Shown: positions 13,291 to 28,894 of the stretch, piece by piece
Position numbering within the stretch: the stretch's first letter is position 1
Layout of the letters: each line of letters opens with the position of its first letter
Assembly: GCF_001194135.2 (NCBI RefSeq)
Contig: NC_068984.1
Coordinates: forward strand, 39,417,891-39,481,890
Length of the DNA stretch: 64,000 nucleotides
From: Octopus bimaculoides
Taxonomy: Eukaryota
Reading direction: 5' to 3'
Translations under genes and position numbers: made by a program
Notes under the pieces: model-generated
Told to the model about the DNA's origin: nothing
Seen by the model: only the letters and a program-made list of their open reading frames with translations
Databases searched by the model: none

Positions 13291-14290
13291 CACTTCATAT
13301 AGTTGGCCCTTAATACTTGTTCTTGAGCTGAGCACGAGTGCTTCTGTTACTATCTTCAGGTCACTCCTCTTCATCCATAGCTACCGGTCCTCTGTATCTG
13401 TCTTCGCGATCACGTCTCTTGCAAACTGACCGTACATGTGCTTTTCCTTCCGCGCTTTTTCTTTTCTTTTTTTGTTCATTTCTTGTTTAAATTTTTCTTT
13501 CGTTACACACTTTTCAGTTTTGAAGACGCCGGCCTTCTTCGTATATTTCAACAGTGACTCCATGGCATTTTTATATATCACCCTAGGCTGTTTTCCTCTG
13601 CTTCGATACAGTCCTGGCAACTGATCAACCTCTTCTATCCTTTCTTCTAGACAAGTACAGCCTATCGGTGTTACTGTTAGGGTGGAAGGCTCCGTGTACT
13701 GTCAACATTTTTCTGGTCTTGGTCTCCATTTTCTTCCTTTCTCTCTTTTGCCATTTAATAACTCCCGCTCCATACCGAAGTGATGATATCGCCCACGTAT
13801 TAACTGCTTTGATGTTATTCCGTTCAGTCAGTTTTGAGCGCAACACCAACCCCAGTGTTTGAAAATACTCCATCCTCAGTTGCTGTCATTTCCTTTTCCA
13901 TTATCTCGTTGAACTCTAGTACACCAAAGTATTTGATTCCTTTCGTTAGAATTTGTTTAATCAAGTATCTGTTCGGTAATTCTATCCCTGCTATGGACTG
14001 TACCTTGCCTCTTTTTTGGTAGATTATTCCGCTTTCTTGAGTCCAAATTCTATTCTAACATCAGTACTAAAACAGTGGACCGTGTTCACCAAGGAACTCA
14101 CTTGAGTCTCATCCTTGCCATACAGTTTCAAATCATCCATGAAGAGGAGGTAGTTAAATGTTTGGGATTTTTCCTTTAGTTGGCACCCCAAGTTAATTTT
14201 CCTAAGGTCAGAGCTATAATGCAGAAAACAAAAAGCAACGAAGATAGGCTATTACCCTGGAAAATCTCTCTTCTGATACTAGGGCGAGTG
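13291..14290 (-). mobile_element. R4/Dong-type LINE RT C-terminal fragment
   Basis: YLLFMDDLKLYGKDE, IKAVNTWAISSLRYGAG, FHPNSNTDRLYLSR, HMYGQFARD. Confidence 0.9.
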
Positions 14291-14339
14291 AAGGATAAGA
14301 GATGCAACAGTTTGACTGAAAGCTTGAGGAAGGGAAGTG

Positions 14340-16260
<1,921 letters not shown>

Positions 16261-16379
16261 ACGCCGGACTTCTTCACGTTTCAACAATGGTTCCACGGCA
16301 TTTTTTTACATACCACTCTAAGCTGTTTTCTTCTGCTTAAGAGTGCGATACGATTTGTGATAATTAGAGTTTGATTCTG

Positions 16380-18443
16380 TTTATTGAATTGAACAATATT
16401 TCGGCCGTATGTCTGTCGTCCATGGTTTCAAAATGAAAAATGAAAAATAAAAAATAACGCAGAAATGCGTTCGCAAGATACTATTAATTTTCATAACTGG
16501 TAACAAGGTAAAAGAACACACGAAGAAAATAGAAAAAAGGCAAGAGAACACTTAGTCAAGAAGTTATGTGCAAATATGTGTAATTCTTCTGTTATTCTGC
16601 TCATTCCTCCAGGGCGTGACGTTAGTAATTCACAGATATATTTATCCTCATGTATTTTAAGGTCTGGAAGTGGAGTGGAGTCAGAATACTTTCTAAAGAT
16701 GTGCACTTTCAGATGTTCCTCAAATTTACTACTGTTTGATGTAAACTGTTCGGCAACTTCCCTCGAAGTATTGCTATTGTATCCGACGTTATACCTATGC
16801 CCATTGAATTCTTTCTTTCTTTTTTTTTGTGGTGCAGCCAACATAAATCAAGTTTTATTTGGTGCATTCCGATGTGTACATGGAATCGGGATCCTTACAG
16901 TCCCACCTTCTGTATAAATTATAACATTTCTGTTATAATTTGGAGTTTATTTGACTCATGTTGTTGTACAACGAACAGAGCTTACCTTTCTTGCGGTTAT
17001 TTTTTGGGGTACAGCATTTAGAAGCTCTAATGTAGTTTTTAAAAGAATTAGAGCTTTATTACGATTATCTGGGGCTTAAGTTTAATACGAGGGGGATTAG
17101 ATTAATATTTTGTCGAAATATTTTCCTTTGTTACTTATAGCTAATAGCAACGATATTATTAGCTCGATTCGAAGTAGATGAATAAGAAAGTTTAACGGTG
17201 TGTTAATGAAAAATTTTCTTGTATCTTCGAGAAGGGAAATTCTTTCTAATGCATTGAAAAAACTTAGGGTTATTATTTATTAAATTTGATGCAGAAGGTG
17301 GATTATACCATGTAATTTTTCTATTATGCAATCTATTCTTATTTCTCCTAAATCTGATAGGTTTAGAATTATTTGTATTAAGGCCAAAATTGTATAGTCA
17401 TTTGGTGATATCGGTGGCTTATTGTGTGAAGATGCCATGTTATATGCGTTATTATTATATTAAATCTATCGAACGTACGTATTTTATGTTTGTTCTTACG
17501 ATCTATTTTAGCAGAATCAGCCGGCTTAAGGCTGTATGATTAATATTTTTGTTGGATTCTAGTTTGTTACTGTTATCACTGTACATTTTCATAATATTAG
17601 AAGTTATATCAGAAGAATTTTAGAAGTAATTTTAGTGTCAAGTATATTTCTAACTTTATTATAGCAATAATGAGATTTAGTTAAGTGTGAATCATCACCT
17701 ATACAGGTTTTTGTGGAAAGGATATTTCCTGAGGGATATACTGAATTTTCTAGTTACACTCAACTCTACTAAGGACCTTATTATAGTAATTAGCGTACTG
17801 ATTGAAAATTACTTCATTAGTGGATAATTTAGAAATTTTATAGGGAACACTATCAATGATTAATTTAATTACAACTCTTGGACGACCTAAGTTTTTTCTT
17901 TTTCATAATGAAGATGTTCATCTGGTTTATGGTTACGGATGAAGCATTTCTGTGTTCAACTCTAGTGTAACATTCAGAAAGTTATTTACATCATGATCAT
18001 TTCTAATTGTAATAGAGAGATTTATGTGTTTGAAGAATTTCCTAAGCTTTTTACATAATTTTTCTTTATATACATTAGTACAGTTACGGAAAGAGAATAG
18101 AGCATCATTCCTATAAATAATAATAACCGAAAATCATTATTTAAGTTATATAATATAGAAATACCTATTAAATCTGTTATCTGCGCTGAGTAGCTAGATC
18201 CTACCGTAATATCAAAGTTATCTACTATCTTTTAGTTGTTTCAGTCATTAGACAGCGACCATGCTGGGCCACCGCGCTGCAGAATTTTAGTCGAACGAAT
18301 CTACCCTAGTACTTATTATTTTCTAAGCCTGGTATTTATTCTATCGGTCTATTATTTTTTTTTACCTAATCGCTAATTTACGAGATAAACACGTCAACAT
18401 CGGTGTCAAGCGGTGATGAGGAATAAACACACGCACGCACGCG

Positions 18444-18510
<67 letters not shown>

Positions 18511-19640
18511 CGGGCTTTTAGTTTCCGCCTACCAAATGCACTCACAAAGCTTTGGTCAGCCCGAGGCTATAGTAGAAAACACTTTCCCACGGTGCCACGC
18601 AGTAGGTCTGAAAGCGGAACCATCTGGGTGGGAGACAAGCTTCTTATTACGTAGCCAACTCTGCGTGTTACCATCAAAATCTATAACCGTTCTTCTAGCA
18701 GTAAAAATAATATTACCACCCTTGTTAGTTAAATTAGGAGTTTCCATGGCAAAGATTGACGATTCATTTAGAAGGATAGGTGTAATACAAGAATAATAGC
18801 TATAATTATCTCTCTAGATAAATTTGCAATGTTTCCTATTTTGAATATTTTTAAACCACCAAATAACTTCGACGGTATTTGTCCGTAGATCCAGTTTAAT
18901 ATTAGACTAAAGACTGAGCAAAATATTATCCGATATTTTCTTGCATATTATAACTATATCAGATTTTGAAGGAAAGATAAGTCTAACTGGAGGTTTGCAA
19001 ATAAAATTAGGCTTGTGGTCCTTTAGATTTATCCTAGGAAGTCTAGGTAAGAAAGGTTTGATCCAATTCTCTAGTTTAAGCTTACAATCAATTTTCTAGC
19101 TTTCTTTATCAGATTGATAAGCAGTATGTTGCTATTTTGTTATCGTCTTTTAGGATGATATTCATATAGTGCTCCATTATATAAATTTTCAGTTTTGTCC
19201 GTATGGACAAGTATGCCTATGGATTGCTTTAAAGTCCTCGATCAAGTTACTTAACTCCCTTAAGTTTACCTTTGTCCCGTTGAATTTCTTTCAAACCTAA
19301 CTTTTTAAACCATGCTCATAAAGTTCTTTTCAAAAGCATGAAGGTATGAATTATGAGGTGGATTCCTCATGAATTGGAAATTTTATTTAAAATTTAGAAC
19401 ATTACCAGATCTATCTATAGTAGCTACATTTTCGTAGTAGTGCATCTCCAATGCAATTTTCTAATGAAGTCATTGATACTCAATGCTCTTAGGTATTGGG
19501 ATATCTTTCAGTAATTTATCTATTTACCTATCAATTTATCAATTGATTTGTCAAATTTATCAATTTGTCTATTCAAGAAGTTAATAACCTAAAAAGGCCT
19601 TATGCCGTAGAGGAACAAGATGATCCAAGTAGTAGGGATC
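16380..19640 (-). mobile_element. Decayed near-complete Penelope-like element (RT + GIY-YIG), interrupted by a SINE
   Basis: RINLKDHKPNFICKPPVRLI, WWFKNIQNRK, LYR(D)D-like, RKITWYNPP, IYVGCTT...NGHRY, KIHEDKYICELLTSRPGGM. Confidence 0.85.
18227..18663 (-). mobile_element. tRNA-derived SINE with internal (TG)n
   Basis: Same head, body and 3' block as the other long-family SINEs; inserted within the PLE. Confidence 0.85.
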
Positions 19641-19715
19641 TTTATGATTTAGGCAATTAATTCAGTAACACTCTGAGTATATGGCTACACACATGCACAC
19701 ACACACACATACACA

Positions 19716-20248
19716 GATGTGCGTTACTTAGAGAGCCTGGAGACATTCTTTGCTTTTGTAACGGCCTTGATCTCATCCTTTTTCTTCAGAATGGTGCAGA
19801 TCGTCGGTGTGTTTCGGTGGTATTGACCTCCTATGTCCACTACACGCACTCCTCTCACATGTTTATTAATGATTTCCTTCTTCAATTCTATCGTAATCAA
19901 CTTTTTCTTTTACTCAGCACTGTCCTTTGCACTAATCCTCTTAGGACCCATGGCTAACACAACTAATTATTATAAAATGATAGCAAAAAATGCACAAAAC
20001 TAACCAAAAACACTGGAAAAAACTTAACAGGGATACCACCACAACGAGATAAACACGTGAACTGAGCGAGCGGAGACTGCACTTGTTGGGAGAGCGTATG
20101 CGAGCTCAACGCTGACTAGCGGTCGCTTAGATGAAACTCGTTCGTATTGCGGATTTCCGCTCATACTTCAAGACAAAATTCGCACGAGCCTCGGCTCGTA
20201 CAGCAAATTACTCGTACAATGGTGCACTCGTACTGCGTGGTTCTACTG
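19716..20248 (-). mobile_element. Tigger/pogo (TIGD-like) transposon 5' end
   Basis: Terminus TA|CAGTAGAACCACGCAGTACG at 20250-20229; MGPKRISAKDSAE*KKKLITIELKKEII...TICTILKKKDEIK (CENP-B/psq HTH). Confidence 0.8.
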
Positions 20249-20249
20249 T

Positions 20250-20280
20250 ACATACACACATACATACATACATACATACA

Positions 20281-20312
<32 letters not shown>

Positions 20313-20470
20313 CACACACACACATACATACATACATACATACATGTGTGTATGCATGCACACACACACAGATACACAAATACACACAGATACACACACG
20401 CACATATACACAAAAATACACCCCCCCCCACACACACACAGATACACACACATACACATACACACACACA
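20250..20470. repeat. Compound (TACA)n/(CA)n microsatellite; similar tracts at 28790-28895, 32325-32560 (CT), 32950-33026, 36245-36415, 37712-37810, 39293-39357, 41839-41933, 54444-54526, 56890-56988
   Basis: Direct reading; source of the YIHT/MYVC/CV/HT ORFs. Confidence 0.95.
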
Positions 20471-21249
20471 CTCATCTCAGTAAACTCAGTCGCTGTAAAG
20501 AGACGGTGATCTCTCGTAAAATAATATTTCTTAAATTACATCGAAGTTTTGCTATAGAGATATAATTTTAATTGTATGTGAAGTATTACATAATTATTTG
20601 TCAAAATAGATCAGGAAAGCAAAAGTTTGCTGAAGTGCACTACGTAGATTTATATGAATAAAGAGATTTCGAAGTGTATATTAAAATAAGTATATCATTT
20701 TTTCATTCCGGAATATAAATGTATGACTGTAAATGTAGTGTACACGCACGAGCGCGGACATACATACACGTATGTACTCATACGCATACACGCATATATG
20801 GAGACATATATCCGTGTCACTGTGTATGTTGTCTTCCGTTATGACCCGTAACTCAAGTGTTAGATAAACAGTTACTGATAAAATGTGCCACTCAAATAAG
20901 TGCTGAAGCCTACATAATCAACTAAAGACCTCAAAGGCGATGTTCCAGCATAACTGCAGTTCAGCGATTGAATACAGAAAAAAAAGAAAATATAGAGTAC
21001 ATGCAAAATTTATTTTATGTCACATATAGGTGTAAAATATATATTTTAATAATGCTTACACAAATACGATATATTATATATATATTCATAAAGTATCTAG
21101 ATGTATTTCTTTTTTTCGACAATTCGTTGATTCACCTATCAAAGATAGTACATATACGATCTGATAACATTGTTATATTATCTTTGTTACTAATCTTATA
21201 ACACAGGTTTATATGAACGGGGTACTAATGAACACTTAATTAGCTGTAT

Positions 21250-22300
21250 ATTACTCACTTCAAACCTAGTAAAAAAGTTCTATTTCTTTCAGATCCTCAT
21301 GGTAGATAAAATTCGAACACAAGAAATGAAAAGACACGCCGTCATTGTTATTCTATGTGCGGAACACAGCGATTTAAAAATTGACAACTTTCTAAATATT
21401 GAAAGATATTTTGTACAGAGTTCAGATGGAATTGGAAACCTCTGGCGGGAATGCTTCAACTATATCAAAGAGAAAAGAAAAAACAAAACATTTTCAATGT
21501 TAAGGAACTATAAAGGCATCTCAATTCATCCGACTGGTTAAAACTGTTATCGATGATGACCCCGGAAAATTAATGAGGGCAATCACCAAAGTGTAGATTA
21601 TCAGAATTGTGGTTCATGAGGACATTGGACACAAGTCGTATGCAATAAGGATAGACCAATTTGTGTCTATAAACGTCAGGGAAACCGTTTGGATGTGTCA
21701 AGTGATTACTTAAGGTTTAAAAACTCCACGAATAATGCATGCATTGGTTCTTCTCTGATAAGAAAAACTTTGACCAAGATAGGAGAACTGACAGATGAGC
21801 AAGTGCAGAAGTTTTTCATGTCCCAAAAGTGATGCACACTAAGTTTCCAGCAACATTAATTGTTTAGGAGTGTTGAGTAACAAAGGTCATATCATACCAT
21901 AACGCATCTTACTGCAGTGTTTTAAATACGTTGAGATGAAGGTGGCAGTTGCTGGGCCCCGATTGGATGAAATATGCCGTGGAAGGCCATGTATGTTTCA
22001 ACAATATTTATTACCTTCTCAGAAATCCCACCTAATCCAAGAATGAATGTCAAATAGTGAACATACCAAACCTGTGACCTCCAAACTCATCAGATTTAAG
22101 TTCTATGGGCTACTGGATTTGTTGATTGAGAGACCAATTAACATCTTCGCAATATCGTAGCTTCACAGAAGGCCACCACTGTCCAGGTGATATCCGAAAT
22201 GAATAAGGACCATTTAGTGAAGTCATATCAATGATTCTGTCCCTGCAATGAAACACTCATCAAAACGAAAGCAGACTCGTATATAATAATTTCATAAGAA
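21250..22300 (+). mobile_element. Decayed maT/Bmmar1-like (DD37D) transposase
   Basis: QEMKRHAVIV, FFSDKKNFDQD, VMHTKFPAT, GRPCMFQQ, *PPNSSDL. Confidence 0.85.
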
Positions 22301-22439
22301 AGCTTATCGAGAACATGTATAAATTTTTTTAATTAAAAACATTTGTTTTTTTGGTTAGATTAGTTGTTTTAAGTGGATATGATATATCTTCATTTATTTC
22401 TTGCACCCAATAGTTTTTGCGTATTTTATATGTTTAACA

Positions 22440-23900
22440 CATTATATCATGTGACTCAACATGATGATGAACACAATTTAACATGGCTACCAGATGTCAA
22501 AGAGCTTGGATAATAAGTTAAATAATAGTAAAGGACAACAATTAGATGTCAAAGATCTTAAATAATAAGTTGAATTATTTTAGAAGTAAAGGACAAAATA
22601 TCCGTCCAACACATGTGTCGGATGAATACTTTGTTGTGAGACTACGTCACTAAATTTGAACAGTTACTTACTGGACTTATTACAGCTTCCTTCTTGATGG
22701 TTTAGCAGCTGTTAAATCAGCTTTTTTCTTAATTACAACGACACGGCTATGATGCTGCGGACCACTATCAATGAACTGTCACTTGATTATCCAGATATGA
22801 TGGATACATGGCTGTTATTTCTTTGTCGCTACAACAATTATGTAAAAAATAAAAACTAGGCAATAATGGTGAAAAATCAAGAACAGTTTTTTTTTTAATC
22901 AAGAATTATACAAAAGCTTCTCTAAAATGTCTCTGGAACTTAAATAAATTTTAATAATAACATTTGCAAAAATCATAAATTCGTTCCATAGAAAAATTGA
23001 TATTTGTTGAAAGGGGCAGATAATTATTTCAAAATCAGTCTATCAACTCAATAATCTTCTCAGAAATTACGTAAGAATTTTAAAAGACTGGAACGAAAGG
23101 ACAGAGTGCAGATGATAGGATTTAAACGAGACACATTGATATCACGATTAGAATATCCTTCAATCAATTGATCTAAAGCATAGTACTGAATTCATTCAAG
23201 AGCTTAAAATGATTTCTAAATTTCAGATAGCTAAGCTGAAAAAACAGCTGAATTTAATGTCACTGTGTTATATATCAGTATAATCAAATATGTCTGATTC
23301 TAAATGTTTCTTTTGAGAATATAATCATATACAGTCCTGCATTTGGTTGATTTCTATCAAATGGGAGAAATGAATCAATTTCAGGCACCACGTCAAACAA
23401 CAAAATTGTTTGATGGAATTGAAAATGAATATTGTGCAAGTGCTTATAAAATTGACATTGAGAATCTGCAATAATCAATGTAAAACTTAATACCCTTTAT
23501 ATTAAGATGTAAGCTTACACTGCCAGTCATTTTACTGTGATAACTCAGAATATCTAGATAGATATGAATAAAACAACTTTTAATTGGTGTGATCTCAAAC
23601 TAAAACAGCTTCATGAACCGCTCGTTGAAATTTTGGTTAAGTCTGATACATAAATGGAAACTGATAGATGTGTTATTGTTGATGAATGTAATTAACACAA
23701 TGAATTGCTTGGTACGGATACAATGGCTGTTGATCTACTTTTCAAGTCAGACTCTCGAAATCATGTCTAGCTCCAACATACCAAAGAGAAGCTCTCCAGA
23801 AGTGGGATAGCCATTGTCTTTCTTTAACACATCCACAAATGTTAGCTTCCAAGTACCGTAATTTTAACATGTATGGGATCTCAGAGGACAAATCTTGAAA
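22440..23900 (+). mobile_element. Probable very old hAT (ZMYM1-like) transposase relic
   Basis: Scattered motifs in the expected order: LQRHGYDAAD (cf. GQGYDNGA), FFNQELYKSFS, ILQSIDL, YKIDIENL, SLTHPQMLASKYRNF (cf. LTxPVTVASxERSF). Confidence 0.45.
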
Positions 23901-23999
23901 CGTTGAGATCAAGATACTGCACGTTATAGCTGGCAAGCGTCATTCTCTTTCATCGAAATGTTGTTGTCACAATCAGAAGACCAGCTTAGAGGTCAGTAC

Positions 24000-24425
24000 T
24001 GCTCGTGCTTTCTACCCCCGAAGCATCCAGGCTATAGCACCCGTCCAGTTATTTCTCGTGTCCAGTAGTTAATAGTCACTCCTCTCCCCATGCAGTAAGA
24101 TAGTTTCCACGACGAGGTTGCGCTTAATATTCTTGCTTGTACTCAATTCGCCATATATTTTTCAAGTCATGCAACGCCTTCCACGGTAATTACCCTTCCT
24201 AAGCATTGATTCTTTCAACGAAATAAGATCCAGACATTAGGGTTCCAGAAATCATCCACCACACTGATAGTACTTACAACTGTGTCATGGCTCACCCTAA
24301 AAAAAAAAAAAAGACGTTGAACCTTTTTTGGTTGATATGAAACCCCACTTTAGGCATTCTGCTTTAACTGCAAACTGAAACTTAAAGGAATGCTGCGTTG
24401 AGTGAGATGATGCTGCCATAGGTAT
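24000..24425 (-). mobile_element. DUF4817-type Tc1/mariner transposase N-terminal relic
   Basis: MAASSHSTQ...FAVKA...KKVQR...HDTVVS; decayed. Confidence 0.55.
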
Positions 24426-24879
24426 GGTTAACAACTGTATCTGCTGGCACACGACTCCTTATTCTGAGCACCAAAGTAATCCTGAGCTCTTCCTTATGAC
24501 TATCAATGGTTTACTTTGAAGACTGAAATCTCAGAACAATTTAAAATTAGCATTCTTCTCAAAGGAAATACCAGGTCAAGTTATTTTGAAGCAAGTTTAT
24601 TGTTCTTAAAACCATTTGTCATAAAACTTAAAAACTAATTAATGATTGTCTTTTAGAAAAGATTCCCCTTAGTGGAGATAAATGCTAACGTATAGATAAA
24701 AAAAAACATTCAGATTCTTATGCAACATTCTCTTTCTGAGATAAATTATTTTGTTAAATTGTTTTTAAGGGAAGTATATCATTAACTAGAAATATATTCT
24801 AAAGCAAGAGAAGTATAACAACAATTAATACATTAAATGAGTCTTTTAAGAAGGACATTCTTCCAAAGGAAATAAATTT

Positions 24880-25474
24880 AGCGCTATATTACAAGGAGTA
24901 ATCAGACATAGTGAAAATTACTTTAATAATATTATTTATAGTATGGTGTAGTGGTGCTAAAACGTTTGACAGTTGAGAGTAGGAGTTATCATAAAAAATA
25001 TTGGATTTATCAGACAGGATAATCAATCGAACAAAGACAGGATGATCAATCGAACAAAGTGACTGATGAAGTGTCTTTTTGAGGATATAAATTGACAAAG
25101 GAGAGTATAGTAGATTATCGATTAGTAATGAGGATTATGAATCTAAAATTATTATAAGCTAAAAATAAATAGAACCATTTACTGGACTTGCTAATTTCTA
25201 TGGGAGATAGATTGATCATTATTGATATCACATGTCAACACTAACACCACGTTGAGTCCCATTTTGTGAGGTATCCAACAAAACAAGTCATTTGAAGATA
25301 TAAAACTTATGTTAGTATCAAAACCAGTGCTCCAGGTTTATGACGTCAGAAAAGATTATCTTAACAATTGATGCCAGTGAAAAGGCTATACCAGGAATAC
25401 TTGCACAAGACAGCTATATTGCACAATATTTTTCAAGAGTCTTAATCACAACTGAAAGAAGACACTCAAATTGC
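24880..25474 (+). mobile_element. Gypsy pol fragment (RT end / RNase H)
   Basis: FTGLANFYGR, FEDIKLMLVSKPVLQVYD, LTIDASEKAIPGILAQ, YFSRVLITTERRHS. Confidence 0.8.
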
Positions 25475-25637
25475 TACTCTTTTACTTGTTTCAATCATTT
25501 GACTGCGGTCATGTTGGAGCACCACCTTTAGTCGAGCAAATCGACCCCGGGACTTATTCTATCTGTCTCTTTTGCCGAACTGCTAAGTGACGGGGACATA
25601 AACACATCAGCATCGGTTGTCAAGCAATGCTAGAGGA

Positions 25638-25688
<51 letters not shown>

Positions 25689-25919
25689 NNNNNNNNNNNN
25701 NNNNNNNNNNNNNNNNNNNNNNNNNNNNNNNNNNNNNNNNNNNNNNNNNNNNNNNNNNNNNNNNNNNNNNNNNNNNNNNNNNNNNNGGGCTTCTTTCAGT
25801 TTCCGTCTACCAAATCCACTCACAAGGCTTTGGTCGCCCCGAGGTTATAGTAGAAGACACTTGCCCAAGATGCCACGCAGTGGGACTGAACCCGGAACCA
25901 TGTGGTTCCGGGTTCAGTC
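25475..25919 (-). mobile_element. tRNA-derived SINE spanning a gap; head ends in a fold-back palindrome
   Basis: Long-family SINE body; N-run 25689-25786; palindrome 25884-25919. Confidence 0.85.
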
Positions 25920-25924
25920 ATTAT

Positions 25925-27330
25925 TCAAACATTAAGATTTTACTTAATTTTTGTTTGATAATTTGCGGAAAGTGCAACTTCTGATGCAAAAACTTTTCTT
26001 GCTAGTAAAGATTAACTTGAAAAGTTTAAGCAGTTTCTTAATAGGCACAAAATTGAAATGGTTCATAAAGCTGTCAGTACTGATACAGGAGTGGTTACAA
26101 TTATTCTGAGGAACTGAAGAAAATTATTGCTGAATGAGGACATAATATACCAGAATAAATGTGCAATGCTGATAAACCAGCTTGTTTTGGAAGCGCGTAC
26201 ACAATAATAGTTACATTCCTAGCGAAGAAAAATCAGCATCAGTTTTCCAAAAATCGTCTGACGTTTCTTGTCGGAGAAAATACTACAGGTGATATCAAAT
26301 TAAAACTCCTTTTTGTCAAATATTCCCTAAATCCAAGAGCTTTCAAGTGATATGCTAAGTTTAATTAATCTATGATTTGACGCTCAAATAAGAATGCTTA
26401 GATAACTTTGAACCTGGTTAGAAAAGGTTTTTAACCAAGCAGAATTTTCTCATATTTTTCTTCTTTGTCCTGCTGTTGGAAGGTGCAGTACCAGGTATAA
26501 TATTTCTTTACTCCTTTCAGACAATGTACCAAGCGATCCAGCGTACTTAAAGCGATTTTTCTGAAAATGTGAGTGTAGAATATGACTCAACAATACAATT
26601 TCTTTGCTCCAACCAATGAATCAAGGTGTGATAGCTATCTGCAAGGTACATTATCTGAGAACTTTGAAATAACTCATATAAGAACAATTGATTGGGAGGA
26701 TACATTTACACTTAGCGACTCCTGGAAATAGTTCGACATTATAGATGCAATGGATATGTTGTCAAGTCATGGGATAAAGTGAAATCCTCACTTATAGAAG
26801 GTGTTAATGAAACATTTGTTTTAAATATTTTCGTGACTTTACATGCTTTCTATCCGCAGAAATTCTGCATAAAGTTGAACAAGGTATTGTGATATCGGCA
26901 AATTATGTAGGTTTTGAAGAAACCAGAAGATGATGTGGTTAAGTTGCTGGGGTTTCTTAGAGAAAGCCTGTCAAGTGATAAAATATTGAATGTTAGAACA
27001 AGAAAAGTTGCAGGGCAAGAACAGAATTGAAAAGCTATATCCACTCCGTTACTGTTGATTGTAAGGAGTGCAGCTACAGGTTTGACATTTATAAAGGAAG
27101 ATCTGCACATCACTTTGTAGATAGCGATCCATTTCGTGACTGCAACAGAAATTACAAGAGGAGTTCTCAGTTCCTATAATGAACTGTATAAAAAGATGGT
27201 GCGCTGTAAACGCCAAATGACTTTGAAGATCTTCATACCTGCAGCAAATGCTGCTACTGTTAATCCATAAGACAGAAGATAACACCATTCTTCCTTCAAG
27301 TAACTCATATTGCACAACCACCTATCATAC
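25925..27330 (+). mobile_element. Decayed Tigger/TIGD1-like DDE transposase
   Basis: CNADKPACFG, RLTFLVGENTTGDIKLKLLFVKYSLNPRAFK, LQPMNQGVIA. Confidence 0.85.
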
Positions 27331-28894
27331 AATAATCACCATAATTTGTGGTGAATACATACCATACTAATATATTACTTTATTCTTATCTACGCCGCCT
27401 CCGGGCGGTTTCCTCGTCGTATTACATTTACACAATTGCTTTCCAATTTGTGTAACTATTCGATATTACGTATTACTTTCCTTTGTATCCCTTATTTACC
27501 TAATTGTACTTACTCGCTCAGTAAATAAATTTAAGGCGCAACTACAGTGCTCTGTGGACATTGCTCATAGAAATGGATTTTTGTTAATGAAATTTTCTAC
27601 AAATACATTTCAGATAGTTGTTGATTATGATTATATCGAAATTTGTTGTGAATAATTTGGGGGAAGGGAGAGGAGAGGAGTTTCGGATAATTCACGCGCC
27701 GTGATTTTGTTTTCTCATAACTTTCAGAAAAATTAGTATTTTCCTACATTTTAAATTTTCTATAAATACTTTTCAGATGGTGTAGATTACAGTTATATTG
27801 AAATTCAATGTGAAAAATATGGGTGGGGAATATTTCATATATGTTAGCTTTGTTTCCTCATACACTTTGATGATTTAATTACAATTATGTTCAAAACATA
27901 CTTTTTAGGCCCACGTGATCCCTGCTATTTCTAGAATACTAAACAACCACATAGAGGATGGGTCGCCTATGAGTGTTTAAAAGAGGGAGATTAAGCTTGC
28001 TGTTGATATTATTTGATGATGAAATATCATCTGTAAAATTATTTGAACAACCCATTTTGATGTTTTACCACGGGTGGAACTTACTTATAATGTTGAGTCT
28101 GTTCGCAAAGGTAGTTTCTCTTTTCCTTCTTATGGCTGTTAAACGTTCTGGATTCTTTCTAATAACATTTGTTATGATTGTCAGTAACATAGCTAGGGGT
28201 AAGGTGCGGGGGCTGTGATCCGCCTCGGTGACGCTTTTATGTAGGCGGTACTGTTTGGCCTGCTGTATAAACCTGCATAGGCTGTATTGCTCCGGGCTAG
28301 GTGTAAGGGAAAACTGAAGAGCTTCTCCAGGCAACATAAGCTTTAGCTATTCCACTGATGATTAAGTAGTTATATTTTACTCATTTTAATTAGGAATGTA
28401 ATCACAAAATAGCATTTATTAGTCAGTGTGTAATTAAATTTTGGTTTTGGTCGATTGAAACTATGAATTCTCTCACTTACCCCTTTTGAGAATCAATTTT
28501 CATTGTTGTTAATAAATATCTTTTTGATTAAGGTTGTAATTTTAATTAATTCAAAACTATTTATAATAATTATAAAATTATTCACCAGGAAAGCACACTT
28601 AGAATATATTCTAAATCATTATTTTGAATTTCCGAATGAGTGAATTTTCTTCATTCTAAAACTAATTTCTCTTAGAAATTATAGCTGTCACTATAGCTAC
28701 CAAACATGAGAGACACTCACTCAACGACAGAAGTATTGACTGATCTTTATCTTGCGTGTGTAAGAAGTTTACTTCTGTGTCTGTTCACATACATATATGT
28801 ATGTATGTATGTAAAACAATTAATAAATGAGTGATAAATGATGTATGTATGTATGTATGTATGTATGTATGTATGTATGTATGTATGTATGTAT

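Noticed and set aside
16800-19600. Mitochondrial insertion (NUMT), suggested by the AT-rich, T-skewed look
   Set aside because: The minus strand gives Penelope RT and GIY-YIG motifs in order; no mitochondrial gene motifs were recognised.
20131-20565. YIHT/MYVC/CVCV repeat proteins (also at 34-37 kb, 39 kb and elsewhere)
   Set aside because: They are translations of (CATA)n and (CA)n microsatellites.
23336-23474. Possible terminal exon LHLVDFYQMGE...IENLQ*
   Set aside because: Weak acceptor, no partner exons, and it lies within the probable hAT relic.
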